Shown: positions 17,509 to 26,735 of the stretch, in pieces
Layout: every line of letters starts with the position of its first letter
Position numbering within the stretch: position 1 is the first letter of the stretch
DNA from: Bacteroidota bacterium
GTDB lineage: Bacteria; Eisenbacteria; RBG-16-71-46; SZUA-252
Length of the DNA: 64,000 bases
Assembly: GCA_050257045.1 (NCBI GenBank)
Contig: JBLMWD010000027.1
Span: 9,743-73,742 of the forward strand
Reading direction: 5' to 3'
Notes under the pieces: model-generated
The model's database searches: none
Told to the model about the DNA's origin: nothing
The model's input: the letters and a program-made list of their open reading frames with translations, nothing else
Translations under genes and position numbers: made by a program

Positions 17509-18171
17509 TCAACGGGACTCGCGCCGTTCCCAGGCGTCCCGGCCGATCAGCGGCACGAAGGCGCAGCCGCAGAGCTCACGCCGCTGCCAGCCGCTTTCCG
17601 TCCGGATCGCCTTGACCAGCATCTGGTTCTCCCCCACGCCGATCGGCATGACGGCGATCCCCCCCGTCTGGAGCTGCTCGGAGAGGAACTGCGGCATGCG
17701 CGGGGCGCCGGCCGCGATCAGCACCCGGTCGAAGGGCGCCATCTCCCGCCATCCCACCGACCCGTCGGCGATCCGGAAGACGATGTTGGTGTATCCCATG
17801 CGCACGAGCCGGTCGCGCGCGGCGACCCCGACCGCCGGGATCCGCTCGACCGTGAAGACCCGGTCGGCCAGCTCGGCGAGAATCGCGGTCTGGTATCCCG
17901 ACCCGGTTCCGATCTCCAGCACCTTCTCCGTCCCGGTCAGGTCGAGCGCCTGCGTCATGAGGGCGACCATGTAGGGCTGGGAGATCGTCTGCGACGACCC
18001 GATCGGAAGGGCGCTGTCGCTGTAGGCCTTGGCGCCGAGCGCCTCGTCGACGAAGAGATGGCGCGGGAGGGCCTCCATGATCCGGAGGACGTGGGGATCG
18101 TGGATCCCCCGCTCCCGGAGCTGGACCTGCACCATCCGCCGCCGCGCGACGGCCTGCTCGTCATTCGTCAT
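17509..18171 (-). CDS. pcm: Protein-L-isoaspartate O-methyltransferase
   Basis: MTNDEQAVARRRMVQVQLRERGIHDPHVLRIMEALPRHLFVDE... with the SAM motif VLEIGTGSGYQTAILA. The ATG at 18171 overlaps the surE 3' end. Confidence 0.85.
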   Translation of the reverse strand: MTNDEQAVARRRMVQVQLRERGIHDPHVLRIMEALPRHLFVDEALGAKAYSDSALPIGSSQTISQPYMVALMTQALDLTGTEKVLEIGTGSGYQTAILAELADRVFTVERIPAVGVAARDRLVRMGYTNIVFRIADGSVGWREMAPFDRVLIAAGAPRMPQFLSEQLQTGGIAVMPIGVGENQMLVKAIRTESGWQRRELCGCAFVPLIGRDAWERRESR

Positions 18172-18916
18172 GGATCGCAAGCCCCATCGTCTCCAGCTCG
18201 ACGATCTCCTTGTAGTCCGTCAGCTCGAACGAGAGCGGGGTCACCGCCACGAAGCCGTGCGAGACGGCGTGGAAGTCGCTCGCCTCGTCGGGGTCCCACG
18301 TGGGGTTTTCCCCACCGATCCAATAATACGACTTCCCCCGCGGGTCGGTCTTTTCGACGATCACGTCGCGGAAGACCCGGCGGCCGAGCCTTGCGACGCG
18401 GAGTCCGCGGATCTCCTTCCACGGGATCGGCGGGATGTTCACGTTGAGGCAGAGGCCCTTCTTGAGCCCGCGTCCCATGAGGAGACGCACGAGGCCGCCC
18501 GCGACGCGCGCCGCGGGAGCGAAGTCCGACGGCTCCCAGGTGGCGAGCGAGAAGGCGATCGAGGGGATGCCGAGGAACGCCCCTTCGCTCGCGGCCGACA
18601 CCGTGCCCGAGTAGAGGACGTCGTTCCCCATGTTCGGGCCGTGGTTGATCCCCGAGACGATGAGGTCGGGCGGCTGCTTTAGGAAGCTGTGGACGCCGAG
18701 GAGGACGCAGTCGGTCGGCGTTCCGTCGACGCTCAGGATGCGGTCGGCGACCTTCCGGATCCGCAGCGGCCGGTGGAGCGTGAGGGAATGGCTGGTCGCG
18801 CTCTGCTCGCGGTCGGGCGCGATGATCGTGACCTCGCCGAGCCGGCGCATCGCCTCGGCGAGCGCGCGCATCCCCTCGGCCGCGATCCCGTCGTCGTTGG
18901 TGACGAGGATCTCCAT
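18161..18916 (-). CDS. surE: 5'/3'-nucleotidase SurE
   Basis: MEILVTNDDGIAAEGMRALAEAM...VSGINHGPNMGNDVLYSGTVSAA. Confidence 0.85.
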   Translation of the reverse strand: MEILVTNDDGIAAEGMRALAEAMRRLGEVTIIAPDREQSATSHSLTLHRPLRIRKVADRILSVDGTPTDCVLLGVHSFLKQPPDLIVSGINHGPNMGNDVLYSGTVSAASEGAFLGIPSIAFSLATWEPSDFAPAARVAGGLVRLLMGRGLKKGLCLNVNIPPIPWKEIRGLRVARLGRRVFRDVIVEKTDPRGKSYYWIGGENPTWDPDEASDFHAVSHGFVAVTPLSFELTDYKEIVELETMGLAIHDE

Positions 18917-18922
18917 CGCGCT

Positions 18923-19585
18923 CTAGCGGAAGAGGTGCCGCAGCACGAAGCGGACGAAGCGCGCCGTGTCGACGAGCGGCCGGATGTGGCTCTCGGGAGC
19001 GTTGTAGAGCGTGGGGATCGGGACCGCGCCGATCCGGAATCCCGCCCGCGCTGCCGCGACGAGGTACTCGGATTCGTACTCGAACCGCTGCGCCTCGGGG
19101 CGCACGCGGCGCAGCACCGTGGCGCGGATCGCGCGGTAGCCCGACTGCGAGTCCTCGATGCGAGTCCGCGCGAGGCGCGACACCCACCAGCTCGTCACGT
19201 CGTTCGTGGCGCGCCGGAGCCAGGGCATCGACGTGCGGCTCTGGAGGCGCGAGCCGACCACGAGGTCGGCGGCCTCGAGGCCGGCGAGGAGCTTCGGCGC
19301 CCACGAGGGGTCGTGCTGGCCGTCGGCGTCGAGGGCGAGGACGGTGTCGGCGCCGAGGCGGAGCGCCTCGTCGAATCCGGTCTGGAGCGCGGCCCCCTTC
19401 CCCTGGTTCAGCGTGTGGCGGAAGACGGTGGCGCCCGCCTCGCGCGCGCGGGCGCCCGTGTCGTCCACGGAGCCGTCGTCGATCACGAGGACCTCCGCCT
19501 CGGGGAGCGTTGCCTTGAGCCCGCGCACGACGGGGCCGACGGTGGCCGCGGCGTTCCGGGCGGGAATCACCGCGAAGACGCGCAT
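18923..19585 (-). CDS. Family 2 glycosyltransferase (polyprenyl-phosphate sugar transferase type)
   Basis: MRVFAVIPARNAAATVGPVVRGL...VLVIDDGSVDDT...LALDADGQHDP, DXD motif. The track ORF is trimmed to the internal ATG. Confidence 0.75.
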   Translation of the reverse strand: MRVFAVIPARNAAATVGPVVRGLKATLPEAEVLVIDDGSVDDTGARAREAGATVFRHTLNQGKGAALQTGFDEALRLGADTVLALDADGQHDPSWAPKLLAGLEAADLVVGSRLQSRTSMPWLRRATNDVTSWWVSRLARTRIEDSQSGYRAIRATVLRRVRPEAQRFEYESEYLVAAARAGFRIGAVPIPTLYNAPESHIRPLVDTARFVRFVLRHLFR

Positions 19586-20454
19586 CAGCGGGCGGGCCTC
19601 CGCGTCGGGCGGAGGCTCCAGTCGAACCACTGGGTCGGGTGTGCGCGCACGTGCCCGTCGAAGAAGCGGGAGAGCTCCGCGGCCGCCGCGTCCACGGTGA
19701 GCCCGTCGGGGGCCGCGGGATCGAGGACGATCGGGGCGTGGAACCGGACGCAGATCCCGCCGTCGGGCGCGCGCCAGGCGGCGCCCGGCAGCACCTGCGC
19801 CCGCGCGCGCTGGGCGAGGATCAAAGGGGCGGTGTCGATCGCGACGAGGGCTTCGGCGGTTTCCGAAGCGGCGCGCGGCTCACGGCGCCACGAGCGGTCG
19901 ACGAGCGCCGCCACCCACCCGCCGTCCCGGAGCCGGCGCACGACCTCCGCGGCCGGGCTCTTCCCCCCGAACGTCCGCACGCCGAAGGCGGCGCGCCGCG
20001 CGCGAAAGAAGCGCTCCACCGCTTCGAAGCGGTGCGGCGCCGCGATCGCGTCCATCGGGCCCACCTCGCGCGCGAGCCACCAGAGCGCCATCTCCCAGGG
20101 GCCGAAGTGCCCGCTCACGACGACCGTGGGCGAGCCGGCCGCGCGAGCCGCGGCGAGGTGGCGGGCGGCCTCGGGGTCGAGGCGGACCGGAGGGACGCGC
20201 GCGCCGCCCCCGCGCGCGGCGAGGAAATCGCGAAGCGCCCAGGCGAAGGCGCGGAAGGTCTCGCGGGCGTGCGGCGGCGATCCGCCGAGACCCGCGGCGC
20301 GCCAGGCGCGGCCGATCCGGTGGGCCGCCTCGCGGGCGCGGGAGGGATGCGTGGAGACGTAGAAGTCCGCGATCCACGCCGCCACCCGGTCGGTGACCCA
20401 GACCGGCAGCCGGCGCGCCGCGATCGAGGCGATGGTATAGCCCAGATCGGTCAT
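19585..20454 (-). CDS. Lipid A biosynthesis (Kdo2-lipid IVA) acyltransferase family protein (LpxL/HtrB-like)
   Basis: MTDLGYTIASIAARRLPVWVTDRVAAWIADF...VVVSGHFGPWEMAL (HX4D-like acyltransferase motif). The track ORF is trimmed to the ATG at ~20454 because upstream sequence overlaps tRNA-Pro(GGG). Confidence 0.6.
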   Translation of the reverse strand: MTDLGYTIASIAARRLPVWVTDRVAAWIADFYVSTHPSRAREAAHRIGRAWRAAGLGGSPPHARETFRAFAWALRDFLAARGGGARVPPVRLDPEAARHLAAARAAGSPTVVVSGHFGPWEMALWWLAREVGPMDAIAAPHRFEAVERFFRARRAAFGVRTFGGKSPAAEVVRRLRDGGWVAALVDRSWRREPRAASETAEALVAIDTAPLILAQRARAQVLPGAAWRAPDGGICVRFHAPIVLDPAAPDGLTVDAAAAELSRFFDGHVRAHPTQWFDWSLRPTRRPAR

Positions 20455-20553
20455 GCTCCCCCACGCTCGTTCCAGACGGTGCGGGCCCCTCGCGGGCCCG
20501 GAAACGCGGACGCCCCGGACGGGCGCGCCGGGGCGACGGACAGCGGGAAAAAA

Positions 20554-20630
20554 TGGTCGGGGCGACAGGATTTGAACCTGCGACCACCTCCACCCCAAGG
20601 AGGTGCGCTACCGGGCTGCGCTACGCCCCG
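20554..20630 (-). tRNA. tRNA-Pro (anticodon GGG)
   Basis: CGGGGCGTAGCGCAGCCCGGTAGCGCACCTCCTTGGGGTGGAGGTGGTCGCAGGTTCAAATCCTGTCGCCCCGACCA has anticodon loop TTGGGGT. CCA is encoded, and a T6 run plus GC hairpins follow. Confidence 0.85.
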
Positions 20631-20744
20631 ACCCGAAGCCGGCGGCGACGTTCGGCCGCAACGTCATCCTACACGACCGGATGCGGTGCGGACAAGGCGC
20701 CGCCCGCCCCTCGTCCGGATTGCCGGCGGCGCCGCGTACGGACG

Positions 20745-21128
20745 CTAGCGCCCGCGCGCGCGCTTCGACGCGTCCTGGCGGAGCATCGCGAGGAGCGATT
20801 CCATGTCCTTCTTGAGCGACCGGATCGCCTCCTCGCGATCGAGCTTCGTGAACGGCATCTCGATCTGGTCCTTGCCGTCGGTCTTGTCGTCCAGGATCTT
20901 CCGCCGCGCGCCCGCGATGGTGAAGCGCTGGTCGTAGAGGAGCTGCTTGATGTCGAACAGCACCTCGATGTCCCGCTTCCGGTACATGCGCGCGCCGCCG
21001 CGCCCCTTGCGCGGGCGGAGCATTTTGAACTGGGTCTCCCAGTACCGGAGCACGTGCGGCTTCACGCCGATCAGGTCGCTCACTTCGCTGATGGAGTAGT
21101 AGAGTTTTCCGGTCGGAAGCGACTTCAC
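20745..21128 (-). CDS. MerR-family HTH transcriptional regulator
   Basis: YYSISEVSDLIGVKPHVLRYWETQF is a MerR-type HTH followed by a coiled-coil region. 127 aa. Confidence 0.7.
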   Translation of the reverse strand: MKSLPTGKLYYSISEVSDLIGVKPHVLRYWETQFKMLRPRKGRGGARMYRKRDIEVLFDIKQLLYDQRFTIAGARRKILDDKTDGKDQIEMPFTKLDREEAIRSLKKDMESLLAMLRQDASKRARGR

Positions 21129-21132
21129 GCGT

Positions 21133-22158
21133 TCACCTCCTCGAGACGGTTCGAGCTTCCGGTTTCAAGTCGCGCGTCAAGAGCTCGCGCATGGCGGCTC
21201 TCGCGCTCTTTCCTTCGAACAGAATCGCCCGCACCTGCTCCGCGATCGGGAGCTCCACGCCGCACCGCGCGGCGAGCTCGACCGCGGCCTGCGCCGTCCC
21301 CACTCCTTCCGCCACCATCGGCGTCGCGGCGAGCGCCTCCTCCAGCGTCGCCCCCCGGCCGACCGCCTCTCCGAGGCGGCGGTTGCGGCTGTGGCGGCTC
21401 GTGGCCGTCGCGACCAGGTCGCCCATGCCGGCGAGCCCGGCGAACGTCTCCGGGCGCGCGCCGAGGCACTCCCCGAGCCGCGCGATCTCGGCGAGGCCGC
21501 GCGTGAGGAGCGCCCCCTTCGTCGAATCGCCGAATCCGAGCCCGTCCGAAAGGCCCGCCGCGATCGCGACCACGTTCTTCAAGGCGACCCCGATCTCGAC
21601 CCCGAGCACGTCGTCGTTGGTGTAGACGCGGAAGGACTCGTTCGAGAACGCCTCCTGCACCGCCTCGGCGCGCGCGCGGTCGAGCGAGGCCGCCACGACG
21701 GCGGTCGGGATGCCGCGCGCCACCTCCTCGGCGTGGCTCGGGCCGGCGAGCACGACGGCATGCTCGCCGATCTCGGCGGGAAGGGTCTCCGCCGCGACCT
21801 CGCTCATCCGCCGGTGCGTGCCGCGCTCGAGCCCCTTCGTCGCGATCACGGCGAGCCTTGCCGAGCGGAGCGCTCCGGGCTCGGAGGCGAGCCGCGCCGC
21901 GACGCCCCGGAAGGCGTGCGAGGGGACGACGAGGAGGATCGTCTCCGCGCCGGTCGCGGCCTCGGCCAGGTCGTGCGTGACCAGGACGCCATCCGGAATC
22001 GAGACGCCCGGAAGGTACGTGTCGTTCGTCCGATCGCGGCGCATCCGTTCGGCGAGGTCGGTCTCGTAGACCCAGAGCCGCACCGCGTGTCCGTTCTTCG
22101 CGAGGAGGATCGCGAGCGCGGTCCCCCATCCGCCGCCGCCGATCACGCCGATGGTCAC
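21133..22158 (-). CDS. gpsA: NAD(P)H-dependent glycerol-3-phosphate dehydrogenase
   Basis: VTIGVIGGGGWGTALAILLAKNGH...VALKNVVAIAAG... Start is GTG ~22158 with GGGAGG upstream; it overlaps the plsY stop (GTGA). Confidence 0.85.
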   Translation of the reverse strand: MTIGVIGGGGWGTALAILLAKNGHAVRLWVYETDLAERMRRDRTNDTYLPGVSIPDGVLVTHDLAEAATGAETILLVVPSHAFRGVAARLASEPGALRSARLAVIATKGLERGTHRRMSEVAAETLPAEIGEHAVVLAGPSHAEEVARGIPTAVVAASLDRARAEAVQEAFSNESFRVYTNDDVLGVEIGVALKNVVAIAAGLSDGLGFGDSTKGALLTRGLAEIARLGECLGARPETFAGLAGMGDLVATATSRHSRNRRLGEAVGRGATLEEALAATPMVAEGVGTAQAAVELAARCGVELPIAEQVRAILFEGKSARAAMRELLTRDLKPEARTVSRR

Positions 22159-22751
22159 GACTTCGCCTCCCGCCGGCCGAAGCTCGGACGCTCGGTTCCG
22201 GCGAGGAGCCGGCGGATGTTCGGGATGTGGCGGACCACGACGAGCACGGCGATCAGGATCCCGGCGACCAGATAGGCGGTCCGGAAGCCGTCCCGGGGGG
22301 CGCGCCAGGCGACGAGGAAGGGATAGGCGATCGCCGCGCCGAGCGACCCGACCGAGACGCGGCGCGTGATCGCGAAGAGAGCGAGCCAGATGGCAAGCGC
22401 CAGCAGTGCCGGTACAGGCAGGATCGAGAGGAAAACGCCAAGACTCGTCGCGACCCCACGGCCGCCCTTGAATCCGGCCCATGGAGAGAAAACATGCCCC
22501 AGGATCGCGGCCGCGCCGGCCGCGAGCGCGGTCGGGACGCCGCCGCCGAAGAGCCGGCCCCCGACCAGGGCCGCGGCCGAGCCCTTGGCGACGTCGAGCG
22601 CGAAGACGAGGGCGCCCCAGCGCGGACCCATCGCGCGGACCACGTTCGTGGCCCCGATGTTCCCGCTCCCGACCGCGCGAAGGTCGACGCCGCGGGCGCG
22701 CGCAAGCCAGAGACCCGAAGGGATCGAGCCGAGGAGGAAGCCGAGAACCAC
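22155..22751 (-). CDS. plsY: Glycerol-3-phosphate acyltransferase PlsY
   Basis: VLGFLLGSIPSGLWLARARGVDLRAVGSGNIGATNVVRA... GTG start per the track. Confidence 0.8.
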   Translation of the reverse strand: MVLGFLLGSIPSGLWLARARGVDLRAVGSGNIGATNVVRAMGPRWGALVFALDVAKGSAAALVGGRLFGGGVPTALAAGAAAILGHVFSPWAGFKGGRGVATSLGVFLSILPVPALLALAIWLALFAITRRVSVGSLGAAIAYPFLVAWRAPRDGFRTAYLVAGILIAVLVVVRHIPNIRRLLAGTERPSFGRREAKS

Positions 22752-22796
22752 CGGGATCGGATGGATCGGAATCGCGATCTCTCCCTGAAGATGGAG

Positions 22797-24110
22797 CTAC
22801 TCGCTCTTCTTCCACTCCAAGACGATCGGCGTTCCCTGGAAGCCGAAACGCCGGCGCAATCCAGACTCCAGGTAACTTACATAATTCTTGGCCCGGTAGC
22901 GAGGATTGTTCACGAACAGCGCGAATGACGGCGGGCGGCTTCCGTTCTGGGCGGCGTAGTAGAACTTGAGGTGCCGCCCCTCGGCCGTGGCGGGCGGCCG
23001 GACCCGGTCCAGGATCTGGCCGATCGCGTCGTTCAGGACGGAGGTGGGGATCGTGCGGGTGTACTCGCCGAAGACCGCGACCGCGGCCGGGAGCACCCGA
23101 TCCATCCCCTTCCCGGTGAGCGCCGAGACGTAGAGCCGCGGAACGTGCTCGAGGAAGGGATAGACCTTCGTGAACTCCTCCTCGATGGCCGCGCGCGCCG
23201 CGGCCGGATCCTCGACCAGATCCCATTTGTTGAAGACCACGACGAGCCCCTTCCGCTGCTCCTCGGCCAGTGCGGCGAGCTTGGCGTCCTGCCGCGCCGG
23301 CTCGCGCCCGACGTCGATCACGAGGAGGACGATGTCGGCCCGGGAGACCGCGCGGAGCGCGCGCGTCACGCTGTAGAATTCGACCGGGTCGTTCACCCGC
23401 GTCTCCCGCCGGAGCCCCGCGGTGTCGACGAGGCGGAAGGAGCGCCCGTGGGCCTGGAGCGTGGTGTCGACCGCGTCCCGCGTCGTTCCCGCGGCGGCGT
23501 CGACCACCATCCGCTCCTCGCCGAGGAGGCGGTTCACGAGGGAGGACTTCCCCACGTTCGGCCGGCCGAGCACGGCGATGCGGATGGTGTCGGGCTCCTC
23601 CACATCGACATCGCGGGCAGGGAGGAGGCCGACCATGGCTTCGAGCAGATCCCCCGACTGGGTGCCGTGGAGCGCCGAAACGGGCATCGGCTCGCCCAGA
23701 CCGAGCGAGAAGAACTCGGCGACCAGCTCCTCGCGCGAGGGCTGGTCGGCTTTGTTCACGACGAGGATCGTCGGTCGGCCGCGCCGCCGCACCCGCTCGG
23801 CCACCTCGCGGTCGAGCGGCGTCACCCCCTCCTTGCCGTCGGTCACGACGAGCGCGACGTCCGCCTCGTCGAGCGCCACCTGCGTCTGCTGGAGGATCTG
23901 CTTCTGGATCGGGTGCGCGCTACCGGGGTCGATCCCGCCCGTATCGACGAGGAGAAACTTCCGCCCGCTCCACTCCCCTTCGGCGTAGTGGCGGTCGCGC
24001 GTGAGCCCCGGCACCTCGTCGACGATGGCGCGGCGCTGGCCGAGGATGCGGTTGAAGAGGGTCGACTTTCCGACGTTGGGGCGGCCGACGATCGCGACGA
24101 TCGGGAGCAC
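22797..24110 (-). CDS. der: Ribosome-associated GTPase Der (EngA), tandem GTPase domains + KH-like domain
   Basis: VLPIVAIVGRPNVGKSTLFNR (G1 of domain 1) and RIAVLGRPNVGKSSLVNR (G1 of domain 2). Start is GTG ~24110. The upstream R-rich part of the track ORF is not coding-like. Confidence 0.85.
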   Translation of the reverse strand: MLPIVAIVGRPNVGKSTLFNRILGQRRAIVDEVPGLTRDRHYAEGEWSGRKFLLVDTGGIDPGSAHPIQKQILQQTQVALDEADVALVVTDGKEGVTPLDREVAERVRRRGRPTILVVNKADQPSREELVAEFFSLGLGEPMPVSALHGTQSGDLLEAMVGLLPARDVDVEEPDTIRIAVLGRPNVGKSSLVNRLLGEERMVVDAAAGTTRDAVDTTLQAHGRSFRLVDTAGLRRETRVNDPVEFYSVTRALRAVSRADIVLLVIDVGREPARQDAKLAALAEEQRKGLVVVFNKWDLVEDPAAARAAIEEEFTKVYPFLEHVPRLYVSALTGKGMDRVLPAAVAVFGEYTRTIPTSVLNDAIGQILDRVRPPATAEGRHLKFYYAAQNGSRPPSFALFVNNPRYRAKNYVSYLESGLRRRFGFQGTPIVLEWKKSE

Positions 24111-24115
24111 GTCGC

Positions 24116-25459
24116 TCAGGCCGCCGCGGGGTCGTCGAAACCGATCTCGACCGGCGCCCCGACCGCCTGCTCGAGGCCGGTCCGCGTGCGATCGTCGAGG
24201 AAGATCTCCCGTTCCTTGAGGCAGTTCGGCGGGAGGAGAACGCGGTCGACGGGCCCGTGCCGGAGGAGTGCCGCTTCGATGTCGGCGCCGACGAGGAGGC
24301 CGCTCACGCTGACGGTATCGCCGAAGTACTCGTTCGTCACGACGCACAGAGAAACGTCGAGACCGCGCGGCGGCTGCTCCGCAAGGAGACGGCGGAGCGT
24401 CGGCGCGGCACTTGTGCCGGTGACAATCGCGACTCGCTCGGCCGCCCCGTTTCGAGCCTCAGCGCCTCGCCGGGGGCGGATCGCCCCCGGCGTCCAGGCA
24501 TCAATCGTCTGGCGGAGCATCCCAATCCCGTTCTCGAGCTGCGGGAATCCCTCGTAGGCGCGCGCGGGCGGCACTTCCTCCCCCGCGAGGACGTACATCT
24601 CGTCGGCCGCGAAGACGATCCGGGAGCGGTGCCGCTTCCGGAACGCCGCCTGAAAGCCGTGCACCTGCTCGAGCGCGCGGACCGCGTCGTCGCGCGTGAA
24701 CGTGCGGAGCTCCGGGAGCCGTCCGCGGTGCTTGGTGAGCCCGACCGGGACCACGGCGATCGTCCGGACCCGCGGGAAGCGCGCCGCGAGCTCCTCGATC
24801 GAGCGCTCGAGAACCGCCCCGTCGTTCATGCCGGGACAGATCACGAGCTGCGTGTGGAGGTCGATGCCGCCGGCCGCGAGCCGGTCGATGTCGGCGAGGA
24901 TCCTCCCCGACTTCGGATTCTTCATCATCCGGACGCGCACGTCGGGATCGGTGGCGTGCACCGAGACGTAGAGCGGCGAGAGGCGCTCGTCGAGGATCCG
25001 CTGGAACTCCGCCTCGCCGAGGTTCGTCAGCGTGATGAAGTTCCCGTGGACGAACGAGAAGACGTAGTCGTCGTCCTTGATCAGGAGCTCGCGGCGCACC
25101 CCCTTCGGGTGCTGATAGACGAAGCAGAAGACGCAGTTGTTGTGGCAGCGCTTCGGCTGGCGCGCCTCGAACTCGACGCCGAACGGGATGCCGTACTCGC
25201 GGAACCCCTCGACCTCGCGCGCCGAGCCGTCGGGGCTCTGGACGCGCAGGCGCAGGTGCTCCTCGGAGACCTGCGAGCCGAAGTCGATCTCGTCGTGGAG
25301 GGCGACGCCGTTGATCTCGAGGATCCGCTCGCGCGGGAGGAGGCCGAGGCGCGCGCCGAGGCTCCCCGGCTCGACCCGGGCGATCGTGAAGGGATCGCTC
25401 AGGCCGATCGCGGCCGGAGGCGCGCTGCTCGGATCGAGGGCAAAGCGGTGTTCAGGCAC
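24116..25459 (-). CDS. PDZ + radical-SAM-like (DUF512-type) protein
   Basis: N-terminal PDZ (IARVEPGSLGARLGLLPRERILEINGVAL) and a CX3CX2C cluster, CHNNCVFC. This protein is commonly encoded next to der. Confidence 0.7.
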   Translation of the reverse strand: MPEHRFALDPSSAPPAAIGLSDPFTIARVEPGSLGARLGLLPRERILEINGVALHDEIDFGSQVSEEHLRLRVQSPDGSAREVEGFREYGIPFGVEFEARQPKRCHNNCVFCFVYQHPKGVRRELLIKDDDYVFSFVHGNFITLTNLGEAEFQRILDERLSPLYVSVHATDPDVRVRMMKNPKSGRILADIDRLAAGGIDLHTQLVICPGMNDGAVLERSIEELAARFPRVRTIAVVPVGLTKHRGRLPELRTFTRDDAVRALEQVHGFQAAFRKRHRSRIVFAADEMYVLAGEEVPPARAYEGFPQLENGIGMLRQTIDAWTPGAIRPRRGAEARNGAAERVAIVTGTSAAPTLRRLLAEQPPRGLDVSLCVVTNEYFGDTVSVSGLLVGADIEAALLRHGPVDRVLLPPNCLKEREIFLDDRTRTGLEQAVGAPVEIGFDDPAAA

Positions 25460-25521
25460 GTTCCAAGACCCCGATCATCGACGGTTGCATGAGTTGGACG
25501 CCGGGCGGGCGAGAGAAAAAC

Positions 25522-25596
<75 letters not shown>

Positions 25597-25749
25597 TCCC
25601 ACAACTGTGACGAGAGTTAGCTTACGTGGGATGGCGAGTGGGGTCAAGGAGCATCTCCGGACCAGACTGGGGCGAGCCCAAGTCGAACATCTCCCAGGAG
25701 ATGTGCCACCACGGCTCACGAACTCGTCCCTCCGTGACGATGTCACGCG

Positions 25750-26676
25750 TTATCCTGATCTCTCGCGGGCGTCCCGCTCGATGGCGCGCGCCACCTCCGC
25801 GAACTCCCCTGGCGATCCGAGATCGAACCACCGGACCTCCCCCGTCCGGCGGAACCAGGTTTCCTGCCGCTTCGCGAGCTGGCGGGTCCGGAGCGCGATC
25901 GTGGCGACCGCCTCGTCCAGCGTTGTCTCGCCGCGCAAGTGCGCGAGCAGTTCGCGGTACCCGAGGGTATGGAGGCCCGGAGCGTCTGGAGGCAGACCGG
26001 CACCGAGGAGCGTGCGCGTCTGATCCAGAAAACCGTCCCGGAGCTGCTGGGCGATCCGCTCCTGGATTCGCGCGGCGAGAGCCACGCGCGTCCACCGGAT
26101 GCCATACCGTCGTGCCACCGTCGGCTGATTCCGGCGCTCCCGCCGAAGCGCGCTGATCGGCCTTCCCGTGAGCCGGTAGACCTCGAGCGCCCGAATTACC
26201 CGGACCGAGTCGCCGGGGAAGATCTTCGCGAGCGCCTCCGGATCCACGCGGCCGAGCTCCGCCCGGAGGGCGTCGAGCCCGTCGGCGGCGAGGCGCGCGG
26301 CGAGCTCCGCGCGCACCGATTCGTCCCGCTCGGGGCCGGCGAAAAGCCCTTCGAGGAGCGCGCGAAGGTAGAGGCCCGATCCCCCTACGATCACGGCGGT
26401 TCGGCCCCGCGACTCCACCTCCGCGATCACCACGCGCGCCTCCCGCGCGTAGCGCCCCGCGCTGTAGGTCTCCTCCGGCGCCAGGAAGGAAGCCAGGTGG
26501 TGGGGTGCGCGCGCGCGGTCGGCGGCGCTCGGGGCGGCGGTCCCGATCTCGAGCCCGCGGTAGATCTGGCGGGAATCGGCCCCGACGATCTCGCCGCCGA
26601 TGCGCTCGGCGAGATGGAGGGCGATCTCGCTCTTCCCTCCGGCGGTGGGGCCGAGGATGACGACGCGTGTGGTCAT
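25750..26676 (-). CDS. miaA: tRNA dimethylallyltransferase
   Basis: MTTRVVILGPTAGGKSEIALHLAERIGGEIVGADSRQIYRGLEIGTAAP. Confidence 0.85.
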   Translation of the reverse strand: MTTRVVILGPTAGGKSEIALHLAERIGGEIVGADSRQIYRGLEIGTAAPSAADRARAPHHLASFLAPEETYSAGRYAREARVVIAEVESRGRTAVIVGGSGLYLRALLEGLFAGPERDESVRAELAARLAADGLDALRAELGRVDPEALAKIFPGDSVRVIRALEVYRLTGRPISALRRERRNQPTVARRYGIRWTRVALAARIQERIAQQLRDGFLDQTRTLLGAGLPPDAPGLHTLGYRELLAHLRGETTLDEAVATIALRTRQLAKRQETWFRRTGEVRWFDLGSPGEFAEVARAIERDARERSG

Positions 26677-26735
26677 GCGTAGCGGGACAACAGGGCCGCT
26701 CTGTGGACGGCGCCGCGATTCAATCGCGGCGCGTT

